DNA from: a virus
Strand: one strand, 5' to 3'
IMG/VR virus record: IMGVR_UViG_3300034198_023063
Span: 16,758 to 80,757 of that record
DNA: 64,000 bases
Of the stretch, positions 30,812-40,935 are shown in pieces. Position 1 is the stretch's first letter. Every line of letters begins with the position of its first letter. Both the position numbers and the translations under genes were made by a program. The notes beneath the pieces are model-generated. The model saw only the letters and a program-made list of their open reading frames with translations, was not told the DNA's origin and did no database searches.

Positions 30812-32271
30812 AGAAGTTCGCCATCTCCAGAATCGTCTAATTCGGGTCTTAAAGATCTAGCTTCAACAATATCTTCAAGAGTTCCCTTTTCTTCAACATT
30901 AAAATTTGATATATTAAAGCTGATATAGTTAGGAATATACTTAGTTCTTTTGCCTTCTTTAATTCTAACTAAATCATGGTGACCGGCAGAATCTTTGCCT
31001 TGAAAGCGTGTAGCTAAAGGAATTAATTTGTGAGATCCAAATTCTTCTCCATCGTCAGCGATTTCTTCTACGGTTTTTCTTCTAAAAATACCTACGAACG
31101 AAGCAAACCACTGTAAACGATCTGATTGAGAAATTGCACTACTATCATCAACGCCATTTTCTGCGCTTCTATTTAATTGGCAAGCTGTAAGAATTGGAAT
31201 ATTTAATTCAGAAGCAAGTTCTTTCAAAGCGTTCACCTTATCGCCAATCAACTGATACTCTTGTTTGTTTTTATCCATTTCTCCAGTCAGTTTTATATAG
31301 TCATAAACGATAACGCATGGATTTCCTCTGCCAACTTTCGCAAAGTACCATCGGCGAATAATTGAAATAACCTCTTCAATTGGTTTGCCAGAGACCTGAA
31401 CGTGATCTACTTGATTCTGTATTTTAATTATATCAGATTTCTTTTCTTGAAAAAGATTGTATAGATTTGTGTTTTTCTTCCAATTTCCAGTTTCTAGATA
31501 CCAAACAGGAATCTGCGTGATTGAGGAGGCTATTCTGAACTTCATATCTAGAGTAGACATTTCAGTATCAAGAACTAAGGCTCTGCAACCTTTATTAATT
31601 GTTGTGGTTTTTATTGCTAGATCATTTAAGATAGTTGATTTGCCATGCTTTGGGCGACTAACCCAAGCGTATAAGTTTCCGGGCCTTACGCCACCATAAA
31701 GGCGATTAAAGTTTTGATATGGAGTCTCTAGTCCATTTTCTTTGATTGGATTATTGCCTCTTTCCTCAATGATCTCTATAACATTAGAAGTTATATCTTC
31801 TGGCTTATCATTTTCGTTAGCATAAAGAGATATTTTTTTATTATAGATCTGGTCTGATTCGGTGATAATTGACTCAAGATCTTTTTCCGCACAACTATGC
31901 GCGAATTTCTTGATGTTTTCGCCGGTCTCTTCCAGCTCTCTTCTTACTCTAAATTTAACTAATTCTTTTGCAGCTTCAATCAATCCATTCTTTGTTGTCG
32001 GGATTAAGCATATGCTGTTGACATAATCAAAAACATTGATGCTTTGATCTTTAAATGTAATGCCTAGGTTTTGCGCTTTTTGAGCTACAAGAACTTTATC
32101 TACAGTTGAGCCATTTTCAAAGCAGTCTTTGAAGACACAAAAAATAGTATAATGAACGTCATTGACAAAATCATTTTCATTAATAAAAGAACGAACATCG
32201 CCAAATGAATCGTGATGCCTAATTAAGCCTGAAAGAATGTATTTTTCTAACTGCAAAGAATAAATTGCCAT
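30808..32271 (-). CDS. dnaB: replicative DNA helicase
   Basis: Walker A SRPKHGKST, DTEMS, VYDYIKL, CQLNR. Confidence 0.92.
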   Translation of the reverse strand: MAIYSLQLEKYILSGLIRHHDSFGDVRSFINENDFVNDVHYTIFCVFKDCFENGSTVDKVLVAQKAQNLGITFKDQSINVFDYVNSICLIPTTKNGLIEAAKELVKFRVRRELEETGENIKKFAHSCAEKDLESIITESDQIYNKKISLYANENDKPEDITSNVIEIIEERGNNPIKENGLETPYQNFNRLYGGVRPGNLYAWVSRPKHGKSTILNDLAIKTTTINKGCRALVLDTEMSTLDMKFRIASSITQIPVWYLETGNWKKNTNLYNLFQEKKSDIIKIQNQVDHVQVSGKPIEEVISIIRRWYFAKVGRGNPCVIVYDYIKLTGEMDKNKQEYQLIGDKVNALKELASELNIPILTACQLNRSAENGVDDSSAISQSDRLQWFASFVGIFRRKTVEEIADDGEEFGSHKLIPLATRFQGKDSAGHHDLVRIKEGKRTKYIPNYISFNISNFNVEEKGTLEDIVEARSLRPELDDSGDGELL

Positions 32272-32272
32272 A

Positions 32273-32689
32273 TTATAATATTATATTAAATTTCTCAAGG
32301 AAAAACTTTTCATTTAAAGAATCAACTTCATTGTCGTAGATCTCAACAAGAATAAATTTATTCAATGTGAGCCAGTTTTCCTTGGCGACATCTCGCTTAA
32401 TTGATTTTAAATAATTTAAACGAGAATCGTTATGAAAAAACTTATTGTAAGCAGAGTGCTGTGGGCCGTGGACCTCAACAGCAATCTTGCGAGTTGCGTT
32501 CAAAATGTCAACTTTTAATCGACTTCCAAACACAGGAAACTCCTCGTAGACAATATGGTTTTGCCAATATTTTCTAAGGAACTGCTTGGTTTTAAATTGT
32601 ATTTTAGATCTGGAGGCGGCGTCCCAGTCTATAGTATATTGAGATACATTTTTGCTTACAACCTTGCCAAAAGCATTATAGAGCTTCAT
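32273..32689 (-). CDS. Vsr/DUF559-like endonuclease
   Basis: EEFPV...LKVDI...IAVEVHGPQH...RDVAKENW. Confidence 0.7.
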   Translation of the reverse strand: MKLYNAFGKVVSKNVSQYTIDWDAASRSKIQFKTKQFLRKYWQNHIVYEEFPVFGSRLKVDILNATRKIAVEVHGPQHSAYNKFFHNDSRLNYLKSIKRDVAKENWLTLNKFILVEIYDNEVDSLNEKFFLEKFNIIL

Positions 32690-33798
32690 TTCTTTAGGAC
32701 GCTAATAAATTTATCAAACAAATATTTAGTGATGTTTGGGTTTTCCTCAAGGAAATTTTTGAGATTGGCTTCTCCTTGATGTTGTTTTGGAAACTCTAAA
32801 TTATTATCAGCAAGCTCTTTGACAAGCTCGTCAGTTATAGTTATCCAAGCTCCTTTTGCATGAGCGAACTCCCAAGCAAGCAATTGGTCCACAATCTCAT
32901 ATTCAATCCAAACGCTAGAGCCGTTTTTGCGCCCATATTTAATTGGATACCGAACTTCTCTGCCAGATTTCTCATTTGGAGTTTTTTTGAAAACTATTTT
33001 GCACCAATGCCCGACAGGATTACCATCTTGTTTGGCGTTTGCATAAATAAAGTCTTTGTTCCAACGCTGCTGGAATTCTAGGATCCAGTCAGAATAATGA
33101 AGGGCTGCGTTTCCGCCGCTGGCATTAGTAACTTTTGGATCACCCTTCTCGTAAGGATTAATCTTAATTGAAGATCTGACTTGAGAAATTATGAAACAAA
33201 TGTGACCTCTGGAAGAAAAAGCGGCGGCCATCTTACGAAGTAGGTCCGCAGTTAGGAGCGCGGCTCCAGCAGTCTTGTTAGCTTCAGTGGATGACTTTGC
33301 TAAATCGTTTCTTGGTACTAAAGCGTCAAGGCTATCAAGAATGAAGAAATATAAATTATTGTCATCGTTATCTTTGATTAGCCTTCGCATCATGTCGATG
33401 ACAAATTCATAATCATTAGTTGGAATTACTTTCCAACGGTCTGGATCTGTGCTTACTCCAGATCTTTCAATGATTGCTTCACTAAGTCTGCCTTCAGATT
33501 TTATATAAATAATACATCCTTTTTCTGGATGAAGATCTTGAAAGCTTTTAGCGAAAGCCAGAGCGTTGCTTGTTTTGCCGCCTTCTGTGACACCGGAAGA
33601 TCTTACGATACCGGGATGGATTCCTCCGCCCATTTCAATATCTAAAGTTAAACTGCCGCTGCTAACTACATAATCAATATTATTATCAAAAGCATAATGA
33701 TGTTCTTTATTATCTTTTAAGATAGAATCTAAAACACGAAGTTTGTTAGATGATGATTCTTCTTGTATTTCGGAGGTTTCTTTTTTGGGTCGTGCCAT
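32686..33798 (-). CDS. recA: RecA-family recombinase
   Basis: SSGSLTLDIEMGGG, GVTEGGKTS, ILDSLDAL, ISQVR, SGGNAALHY. Confidence 0.9.
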   Translation of the reverse strand: MARPKKETSEIQEESSSNKLRVLDSILKDNKEHHYAFDNNIDYVVSSGSLTLDIEMGGGIHPGIVRSSGVTEGGKTSNALAFAKSFQDLHPEKGCIIYIKSEGRLSEAIIERSGVSTDPDRWKVIPTNDYEFVIDMMRRLIKDNDDNNLYFFILDSLDALVPRNDLAKSSTEANKTAGAALLTADLLRKMAAAFSSRGHICFIISQVRSSIKINPYEKGDPKVTNASGGNAALHYSDWILEFQQRWNKDFIYANAKQDGNPVGHWCKIVFKKTPNEKSGREVRYPIKYGRKNGSSVWIEYEIVDQLLAWEFAHAKGAWITITDELVKELADNNLEFPKQHQGEANLKNFLEENPNITKYLFDKFISVLKK

Positions 33799-33799
33799 A

Positions 33800-34156
33800 T
33801 TATTTATTGAATAAATTTAAAAACTGTTTAAGTGATGTGGGCTTTTTTACAACTTCTGTAAGCGGAGCTACAGTTTCATTTTCTAATGTGATTTTAGGCT
33901 TTTCAAAAGACAAGGACTCGTATTTTTTAATGGCTTCCAAAAATTTTTTACCGTTTTCTCCTAAAAACCACGTCAAAGAAATCAACTTTGTTCTTCCTTT
34001 GAGGCCAATTAAAAAATCAAATCCGTATTTTTTAATTAATTGACCAGCCACGCGCATTTCGTTAGGCCAGTTGCAATTCTTGGTGTCTACAAGAAAAGCA
34101 GAAATAAGCAATTGATGGTTGCTAAGTTTTCTGGGTTTTTTGATCTTGTCCACCAC
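33800..34156 (-). CDS. hypothetical protein (first gene of the recA-dnaB-dnaG operon)
   Basis: 118-aa ORF with a GTG start 7 nt after a -10 box. Confidence 0.7.
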   Translation of the reverse strand: MVDKIKKPRKLSNHQLLISAFLVDTKNCNWPNEMRVAGQLIKKYGFDFLIGLKGRTKLISLTWFLGENGKKFLEAIKKYESLSFEKPKITLENETVAPLTEVVKKPTSLKQFLNLFNK

Positions 34157-34163
34157 AGAATGG

Positions 34164-34192
34164 AGTGTGGCTTGAAATCAGAGATTAGTCAA
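34164..34192 (-). promoter_or_regulatory. leaderless promoter TTGACT-N17-CACACT
   Basis: GTG 34156 follows the -10 box after 7 nt. Confidence 0.65.
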
Positions 34193-35236
34193 GAGGGAAA
34201 TATCGTGCAAGACCATTTTGCTGACAAGGTCTTTAAATGAAGACTTTGGACTCCATCCAAGCTCTTCTATGGCTGGATTTGAATTGCCGAGAAGTAGATC
34301 GACCTCTGCTGGTCGATAAAATTTAGGATTTATTTTAACTAAAATAGATGAAGATGGATCATTTTTAATGGCGTATTCGGTGGTGACGCTGTACTCCTCG
34401 CTCGTTCCTTGACCATGCCAAGCCCCTTGAATGCCTGCTGTTGAAAATGCAAGCTCAACAAATTCTCTAATTGAATGAGTTTCATTTGAAGAAAGGACAT
34501 AATCTTTAGGAGAGTCTCTGTTTAACATTTTCCATACCCCATCAACAAAGTCTTCGCTGTCTGACCAGTCTCTTTTAGAGTCTAGATTTCCAAGTTCAAT
34601 AGCCTCAAATACTTCTCCTTTATTAATAGCATTTATTATTCTAGCTACTCCTTTAGTTATTTTTCTTGTAACAAACTCTTCTCCTCTTTTTGTCCCTTCA
34701 TGATTAAATAAAATGCCATGAACGGCGTAAAGGTTGTAAGACTCTCTGTAGACCTTGACAATATGCCTAGCGGCAGCTTTAGAGGCTCCATATGGGCTTC
34801 TTGGGCGAATAGGATGGGCGATATCTTGAGGGGCGTAGGCTACGTCTCCGAACTCTTCACTTGACCCAGCAGAATAAAACCTGCAAGCTGGTCGATGTTT
34901 TCTTATAGCTTCAAGGCATCTTGCGACTCCAGTGGCATTTGTATCAAATGTTTGCAATGGTATTTCCCAACTGCAACCAACAAAGCTTTGCGCACCAAAA
35001 TTAATAAAGTAATCTGGTTGTATTTCTTTAACTAGAGAATCTATTGAAACACTATCGCAAAGATCGGCATAAACAAACTTAAATCTACTATTTTTAATAA
35101 ACGACTGACAGTTTACAAAATTTGGATTAGAACTTCTTCTTATTGTTCCAAATATTTCATGGTTAGTATTTTTTAATAAATACTCGACCATGTTTGCCCC
35201 GTCTTGCCCTAAAACGCCGGTTATTAAAACTCTCAT
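34178..35236 (-). CDS. gmd: GDP-mannose 4,6-dehydratase
   Basis: ITGVLGQDG, AQSFV, PRSPYGASK, GILFNHE, FVTRKIT, LGNLDSKRDW, RPAEVDLLLG. Confidence 0.95.
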   Translation of the reverse strand: MRVLITGVLGQDGANMVEYLLKNTNHEIFGTIRRSSNPNFVNCQSFIKNSRFKFVYADLCDSVSIDSLVKEIQPDYFINFGAQSFVGCSWEIPLQTFDTNATGVARCLEAIRKHRPACRFYSAGSSEEFGDVAYAPQDIAHPIRPRSPYGASKAAARHIVKVYRESYNLYAVHGILFNHEGTKRGEEFVTRKITKGVARIINAINKGEVFEAIELGNLDSKRDWSDSEDFVDGVWKMLNRDSPKDYVLSSNETHSIREFVELAFSTAGIQGAWHGQGTSEEYSVTTEYAIKNDPSSSILVKINPKFYRPAEVDLLLGNSNPAIEELGWSPKSSFKDLVSKMVLHDISLLTNL

Positions 35237-35237
35237 A

Positions 35238-35552
35238 TCAAAACTTTACTCTTCCAATAATTATATCTTTAAGCATTACCCAGTCCGCTGCCTTAGCCCA
35301 GATTGGATTTTTAAATGCGGCTGGTTTATTTTTCTCTATGAAAAAATGACCGCTCCAAGCAAATGGATAAACAATAAATGGAAGCGCTATAAACATGGGA
35401 AGAAAAAACAAAGACTTCCAAAAAACGAGTCTGATACAAAGAATAAAATAACCAATTGTAAACAACTGACCCAGAACATGAAGTCTTCTGTTCCACTTAT
35501 TTTGATGGAGTGTTAGATACATTTCGTAATATTCTTTAAATGTCATATTCAT
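35238..35552 (-). CDS. DUF962/Mpo1-like membrane protein
   Basis: YLTLHQNKWNRRLHVLG...YPFAWSGHFFIEKNKPAAF. Confidence 0.85.
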   Translation of the reverse strand: MNMTFKEYYEMYLTLHQNKWNRRLHVLGQLFTIGYFILCIRLVFWKSLFFLPMFIALPFIVYPFAWSGHFFIEKNKPAAFKNPIWAKAADWVMLKDIIIGRVKF

Positions 35553-36277
35553 GATTTTAATAATTCGCTAGATGAATATATTTTAGGAAGATCAAGAACT
35601 ATTTCTAAAATATTATTTTCTTTGCAAGTTACGGACTCGGCGGAGTCTAGGTTTCCGTGTTTTCTGTCTCCACTGTTAAAAAACATGATTTTACAATCTT
35701 GATACTTACTTTTAATTAATTTTAGAGTTCGGCATTGAGTTTTATCTTGATCTATAGAAACTATAGCTTCGTCTACACTTTTAAGATTTTTTAATATATC
35801 TTGCCTATGCGACTCTGACATAAACGATTTGCTACCTTTTAGTAAAACTTGATGATCATTATTTATAATAGCTATTAAATAAGAGCAGTTCTTTTTTGCT
35901 TCATTTATGTATTCTAGATGCCCGGAGTGGATGGGGTTGAAGTATCCAGATACAACGCCTATAGTTTTATTTTTTATTGATTTTCTCCAATCAACAGCAT
36001 TTAGGCCCTTATCGTCAATAAAAATATCGCCGTTTGGTTTACCTTTATCTATAAGTTCGTGGTATTTAACGCCCCAATGGTTTAGTTGTTTTACTGTTAG
36101 TTCATGCCAGTTTAATCCTGATGAAGCCCCTCTGGCGGTAAATAAGATTATTATATTTCCATTTTCATAGAGATAATTTATTTCTTTTACAGCTTCTGGA
36201 AATGGCTCAGCTTTTTCGTACTCTCTTTTTTCATTTGTGGAACATATAGTTCCATCTATGTCAATAACATATCTCAT
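35549..36277 (-). CDS. fusion of HAD phosphatase (capsule-biosynthesis type) and cytidylyltransferase-like nucleotidyltransferase
   Basis: N-terminal DIDGT...TAR...KP..D.FIDDK; C-terminal SGYFNPIHSGH...SSS. Start moved to ATG 36277. Confidence 0.85.
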   Translation of the reverse strand: MRYVIDIDGTICSTNEKREYEKAEPFPEAVKEINYLYENGNIIILFTARGASSGLNWHELTVKQLNHWGVKYHELIDKGKPNGDIFIDDKGLNAVDWRKSIKNKTIGVVSGYFNPIHSGHLEYINEAKKNCSYLIAIINNDHQVLLKGSKSFMSESHRQDILKNLKSVDEAIVSIDQDKTQCRTLKLIKSKYQDCKIMFFNSGDRKHGNLDSAESVTCKENNILEIVLDLPKIYSSSELLKS

Positions 36278-37235
36278 TTGTATTATCAAATATAGTAGAA
36301 GCTCCGGAATCGTCGAAGTCAAAATCTAAAACGCTGTTTCCAAATGTTTCTTTAATTCTTTTCTTTACATTGGGATTGCAAATAACTAACACAAAACCGC
36401 ATCCACCAGCGCCAAGGAGTTTGGCCCCATAAGCTCCGAGGCCAATGCATGTAGTAATAATGTTGTTTACAGAGCTGGTGGCTATTTGGTTTGATATCTT
36501 ACGTTTCTCCATCCAAGATTGATATAGCAGGTTTCCTATTTCACGAATATTTTCATTTATGAAAGAGCTATAAGCAGCTTTTGCTAATTGGAGTATTTCT
36601 AGTTTGTTTTGATTTTCGTGAGACTTGGCGACGTCGCTAGACTGTCTTTGCTCATTAGAGTAAATTAAAACCATTGATCTTTGAAGCTCTCGTTTGAACT
36701 CCTCTGTAACTGGCAGGGGCTTAACAAGAAAGTCGCCATTGGTTTTAATATTTATTGTATTAAGTCCTCCATAAGCGGACCATATTTGATCTTGAATACC
36801 GCCACTTTCGTTGAGGGTTGTTCTTTCTATTTCTATAGCGTCTTTTGCTAGCGTTTTTTTAGAAGTTTCTAGTTTAAGAAATTTTCTAATTAAATAACTC
36901 ATTCCGACGCAATAAGAGGATGACCCTCCTAGGCCTGTTCTAGAAGGTATATCGGAAAAAGAAATAAATTCTATAGGAGATTTAATTTTAAAATATTTTA
37001 ACGTTTCTCTTATAAGTGGATTTTCTATTTCTTCTAATGTTTTAACTCTTTCAAACTTTGAATAACTTATTGTCGTTTCTTCGGATAAAATTTTTGGTTT
37101 TTCTCTTATAGAAAGATATGCATATTTATTTATAGCGCAGCCAATTATAAAAGATTCATGCTTCTCGTAAAAATCTTTATAATCAGTCGAGCCACCAAAA
37201 AATGAAACTCTAAATGGAGATTTCGCTAAAATCAT
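36261..37235 (-). CDS. hddA: GHMP kinase, D-glycero-alpha-D-manno-heptose-7-phosphate kinase-like
   Basis: PFRVSFFGGSTD, IPSRTGLGGSS, GIQDQ, GAKLLGAGGCGF. Confidence 0.85.
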   Translation of the reverse strand: MILAKSPFRVSFFGGSTDYKDFYEKHESFIIGCAINKYAYLSIREKPKILSEETTISYSKFERVKTLEEIENPLIRETLKYFKIKSPIEFISFSDIPSRTGLGGSSSYCVGMSYLIRKFLKLETSKKTLAKDAIEIERTTLNESGGIQDQIWSAYGGLNTINIKTNGDFLVKPLPVTEEFKRELQRSMVLIYSNEQRQSSDVAKSHENQNKLEILQLAKAAYSSFINENIREIGNLLYQSWMEKRKISNQIATSSVNNIITTCIGLGAYGAKLLGAGGCGFVLVICNPNVKKRIKETFGNSVLDFDFDDSGASTIFDNTNEICY

Positions 37236-38407
37236 GACGGCAAGCTATTTACAAGAGAAGTGAGTTGTAAGATATGTTCTTTGGGAAGCTCTGGATAATT
37301 TCCTATATACCATCCGAAACTATGGCAATGATCTGTAATAGGAAAATTAAGATAATAATTATCGAAGAGCTTTTTTAGATACGGCTGACGCAATTGATTG
37401 CCGCCTCCAGATAAACCTCTTCTAAATTCTATCCCTGCATTTTTTAAAGCTATTTCAACATTTAATGCTAGCGTTGGGCTTGGCTGTCTTAAAATAAGGG
37501 TAAATGCATAATTAGAATTTCCTTCTCTATCAAATCCTGTAAAAAATTTGGTGGGATCTAAATTATCTAAGAACAGATTTAAGTTTTCTGCTCTAATTTT
37601 ATTATTTTTATCTAAATTAGGTAGCTGGTTCAAAGCTAATACGGCGTTGATTTCTGTAGACCTAAAATTATGAGCGGCCTCTAGGAATACAAAGTCTTTA
37701 TTTAAATCTGGGTGTTGATTTAAAATTTTACTCTTTAGATTTTCATCAGTTGTTTCTCTTAACATTCCGTGAGAGCGGAAAGCTCTGATAAGTTGATATA
37801 TATCATGATTGTTGGTGCTAATCATGCCGCCCTCAATAGAAGTCATGTGATGGGCGTAATAAAAAGAAAAATTAGAAATATCTCCAAAGGTTCCTACTTT
37901 TTGACCTTTAAATGTGGCTCCATGAGATTCGCAAACATCTTCAATCAATAGAATATTCTTTTCCTTACATAACTTAAGAAGCTCGTCACTTAGGCCATTA
38001 TATCCTAAAATGTGTATTAGCAAAATAGCTTTAGTTTTTGGAGTGATTTTAGCTTTTATTTGCTCAATATCTAAGGCTAGATTGTTAAGTGTGATGTCGC
38101 AAAATACTGGAGTGAAATCATTCTGTAAAATTGCAGCAACATCTGAAACCCAAGCCATGGGGGGTACAATAACTTCCCCGCCTTCAGGGAACATATACTT
38201 AAGATAAAGCAGGGACAACTCGTTAGCGGCGCTGCCTGAGTTTACCATTATATTATATTTAGTCCCAAGCCATTCTCCCCACTTAGTTTCGAACTCTCTT
38301 ACTTTAGAAGAGTTGGTGAGAATAGGGAGTGGATCTTGAGATAGGAAATCAATAATTGAATTCGCGTCTGATCGCGAAATATTGTTATGCATTAATGGCC
38401 ATTTCAT
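37232..38407 (-). CDS. PLP-dependent DegT-family NDP-4-keto-6-deoxysugar 3-dehydratase (ColD-type)
   Basis: VNSGSAAN, EDVCESHGA; SFYYAHHMTSIEGG has His in place of the Schiff-base Lys; no E1-type Fe-S Cys cluster seen. Confidence 0.85.
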   Translation of the reverse strand: MKWPLMHNNISRSDANSIIDFLSQDPLPILTNSSKVREFETKWGEWLGTKYNIMVNSGSAANELSLLYLKYMFPEGGEVIVPPMAWVSDVAAILQNDFTPVFCDITLNNLALDIEQIKAKITPKTKAILLIHILGYNGLSDELLKLCKEKNILLIEDVCESHGATFKGQKVGTFGDISNFSFYYAHHMTSIEGGMISTNNHDIYQLIRAFRSHGMLRETTDENLKSKILNQHPDLNKDFVFLEAAHNFRSTEINAVLALNQLPNLDKNNKIRAENLNLFLDNLDPTKFFTGFDREGNSNYAFTLILRQPSPTLALNVEIALKNAGIEFRRGLSGGGNQLRQPYLKKLFDNYYLNFPITDHCHSFGWYIGNYPELPKEHILQLTSLVNSLPS

Positions 38408-38422
38408 ACAGTATTAGTTTTA

Positions 38423-39217
38423 TTAAGTTAAAGAATTAGATATTTCTAAAAACTTTGTTCTTTTTTCTATTATCTCTTTTAGAAGAGAGCTAACGCCATC
38501 GGGCGGACAATATCTTCTGTGCAACGCGTTACGATTAGAAGCCATTCTTTTGGTTCCTGAATCTGATTCCATAGTTTTATTATGAATGGATTTATGTAAA
38601 ATATTAATTTTTTCTCTATAATTTAAAATAGTAAATTTATTAGATTCTTTTGCAAGTTTATATAATTTTACATCACCTTCCCACGTTGGATATTCTCTAG
38701 GGTAAAATTCTCCCAAATCAAAGCAGTAATTAGAAGAAAGAATAGGAAAACAACAGCATTCAAATATTTCTTCTTCGTGTATTCGTTTGTTTTGTTTCCA
38801 GTGGGTGTCGTCAGATATAGAAATATAATAATATTTATTAGATAAAAAATCAGACTGAAATTTTTGAGAATAAATTATTTTTTCAAGTTCTAAATCCCAA
38901 TTTTTAGTATCGATAGAGCAATCATTTCCTAAAATCCATTTAAAATAAGATTGCTCGCTAAGATCTAACCCGAGGCTGTAATAGTGGTTAGGAAGGTCTA
39001 ATGATTTTTCCTGTTTTCTAGATATAAATTTAAATTCATAAGAAAGTTTTAGAGCTGTTTTTTGAAAAAGGTTTATTGTTTCTATATCGTCATGATCGCA
39101 AACTCCAACAACATCTATTTTTTCTTTGTTTTTTGTAAATTTTTCTATAGACAAGAGTAATTGCTCAGTGGAATCTAATCTAGATCTGGCAGGAAAAATA
39201 ATTGATACGGTATTCAT
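38423..39217 (-). CDS. GT-A fold glycosyltransferase (GT2-like)
   Basis: VSIIFPARSR...DHDD...GNDC...CFPI. Confidence 0.65.
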   Translation of the reverse strand: MNTVSIIFPARSRLDSTEQLLLSIEKFTKNKEKIDVVGVCDHDDIETINLFQKTALKLSYEFKFISRKQEKSLDLPNHYYSLGLDLSEQSYFKWILGNDCSIDTKNWDLELEKIIYSQKFQSDFLSNKYYYISISDDTHWKQNKRIHEEEIFECCCFPILSSNYCFDLGEFYPREYPTWEGDVKLYKLAKESNKFTILNYREKINILHKSIHNKTMESDSGTKRMASNRNALHRRYCPPDGVSSLLKEIIEKRTKFLEISNSLT

Positions 39218-39223
39218 AATATA

Positions 39224-40195
39224 TTAAAAAAAACTACATTTTATAGTTTCGTAATCTAGCTGTTCTTTTGTTAAATAAAGATTATTTTTTAAGAACTGCT
39301 TTAATCTTTCTGGATCTTTAGATTTACCGTCTGGATGATAGCATTCAGGACGATGAGGAAGAATTCTATTGCATTCTTCATACCCAAAACCGCATTCAAC
39401 AGCTTCTGGATCTTGTACGATTTTAAAAATTGTTTCAGGAGCGGGAGCAATAAAAGTATGGCACCAAGCTGGAAATTGCACTAATTCTGGCCTAAATCCA
39501 GAACTTGCGCCATCCATGCTTGTTTGATGGTGCGCAATGACATCTTTATGAGCAATAAATTTCTTATTAACACTAGCACATAAATAAGAAAAAACAGATT
39601 CCGTACAGCAAGAAGCGAAAATATCGGGTATTAATTTTTGATTAAAATTTTCGTATAAAGAATGATCAAATATTTGACAATGCAAATTTAAAGTTTTGCC
39701 TATTGGAATAATTAAATGATCGTTTTTGAAAAGAGAACCTTGAATAGATTCGTCATTAGAAAATTGACTTTCATTAAACCATACGAATGCCCCGCTGTCA
39801 GAATCTGTCCTTGAGCAAGTCATTGCATATTCTTTAGAACAATGCAAACTATAAAGCTTTTCTATAGCGTTTAAATCATGCTCAAGGCTTATTCCTGAAT
39901 CGATATATAAATATCCACTAAATGGCCCAAATCTTTTAACGCATTCTTGGGCTGTTTTATTAAATGTTACGTTTACTGGAAGCTTTTCATCTATAAAACA
40001 ATAATTTATTAAATCACCAAAAGAATCTCTTAAGTAGTTTTTAGTGTTTTCGCTATTAAGGCACGAAGACACTACTATTTTTATATTTTTTTTAGTTTGA
40101 TTTAAAAAACTAGTTATTGAATTTTTATAATAGAAAATATTTTCTCTTCCAGAAATGCCGCATGTATTATATACTAGTAAAAGATCGTTATTCAT
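39224..40195 (-). CDS. putative GT-A fold glycosyltransferase
   Basis: Cluster context; 'VNVTFNKT...YLYIDSG' DxD-like site. Confidence 0.5.
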   Translation of the reverse strand: MNNDLLLVYNTCGISGRENIFYYKNSITSFLNQTKKNIKIVVSSCLNSENTKNYLRDSFGDLINYCFIDEKLPVNVTFNKTAQECVKRFGPFSGYLYIDSGISLEHDLNAIEKLYSLHCSKEYAMTCSRTDSDSGAFVWFNESQFSNDESIQGSLFKNDHLIIPIGKTLNLHCQIFDHSLYENFNQKLIPDIFASCCTESVFSYLCASVNKKFIAHKDVIAHHQTSMDGASSGFRPELVQFPAWCHTFIAPAPETIFKIVQDPEAVECGFGYEECNRILPHRPECYHPDGKSKDPERLKQFLKNNLYLTKEQLDYETIKCSFF

Positions 40196-40935
40196 AGTTG
40201 AAAATTATATGTTGTATTTGGTAAATGGGAAATAGAAACTAAAGATTTAAAAATTGACTCATCGTAATTATCAAAACTTAAATTGCTTTTTTCTGAATTA
40301 AATTTTTGATTGCATTCCATATAAATATCTGGGCCTAATTTTTCCGTTGGTCTTTCGCCGTTTATCATCTCTTCGTAGAATCCGAGCCAATGATCAACCC
40401 AATGATGAATGAAACATGTATTAAATATTACATTTTCCATGTGTTTTTCTATAGATAGTCTTTCTATAGCAAAAAAATGCCATACATTATAGGGTCTTCC
40501 ATTTTTAATTGAGCAAAGCGGATTGTCTGGCCATATATTTCCAGTATGGCGCTTTATCCTTTTATCGTAATAATTTTTTTCTGGACCACCTAGATGATGT
40601 GTTAAATTGCATATTCTAAAATCTAAACTTTGAAAATCATCATTAGAAAAATAGTCTTTTATTTTTAGAAAATCTTGCTTTACGCAATGGTCATCTGGTA
40701 AAATTATAACGTAATCGTTTTGAGATTCTTTGTACGCTTTATTAAAACCATAAACAGATCCATTATTTTTGTCGTCTTCAACCCATTTTATATTTGAGCT
40801 TTCTTTTATTTTATTTTTGGAACAGACAATTATTTCATAATTAGAATCATCCAAATCTGTTATTGATTTAATAGTATTTTCTAAAGCAAAATTCGATTTG
40901 TTGCTGGCTATAATATAAGATAGTTTGTTTTTCAT
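40192..40935 (-). CDS. GT2-like glycosyltransferase
   Basis: LSYII...YEIIV...GFNKAY...IILPDDH...HHWVD; paralog of the next gene. Confidence 0.75.
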   Translation of the reverse strand: MKNKLSYIIASNKSNFALENTIKSITDLDDSNYEIIVCSKNKIKESSNIKWVEDDKNNGSVYGFNKAYKESQNDYVIILPDDHCVKQDFLKIKDYFSNDDFQSLDFRICNLTHHLGGPEKNYYDKRIKRHTGNIWPDNPLCSIKNGRPYNVWHFFAIERLSIEKHMENVIFNTCFIHHWVDHWLGFYEEMINGERPTEKLGPDIYMECNQKFNSEKSNLSFDNYDESIFKSLVSISHLPNTTYNFQL

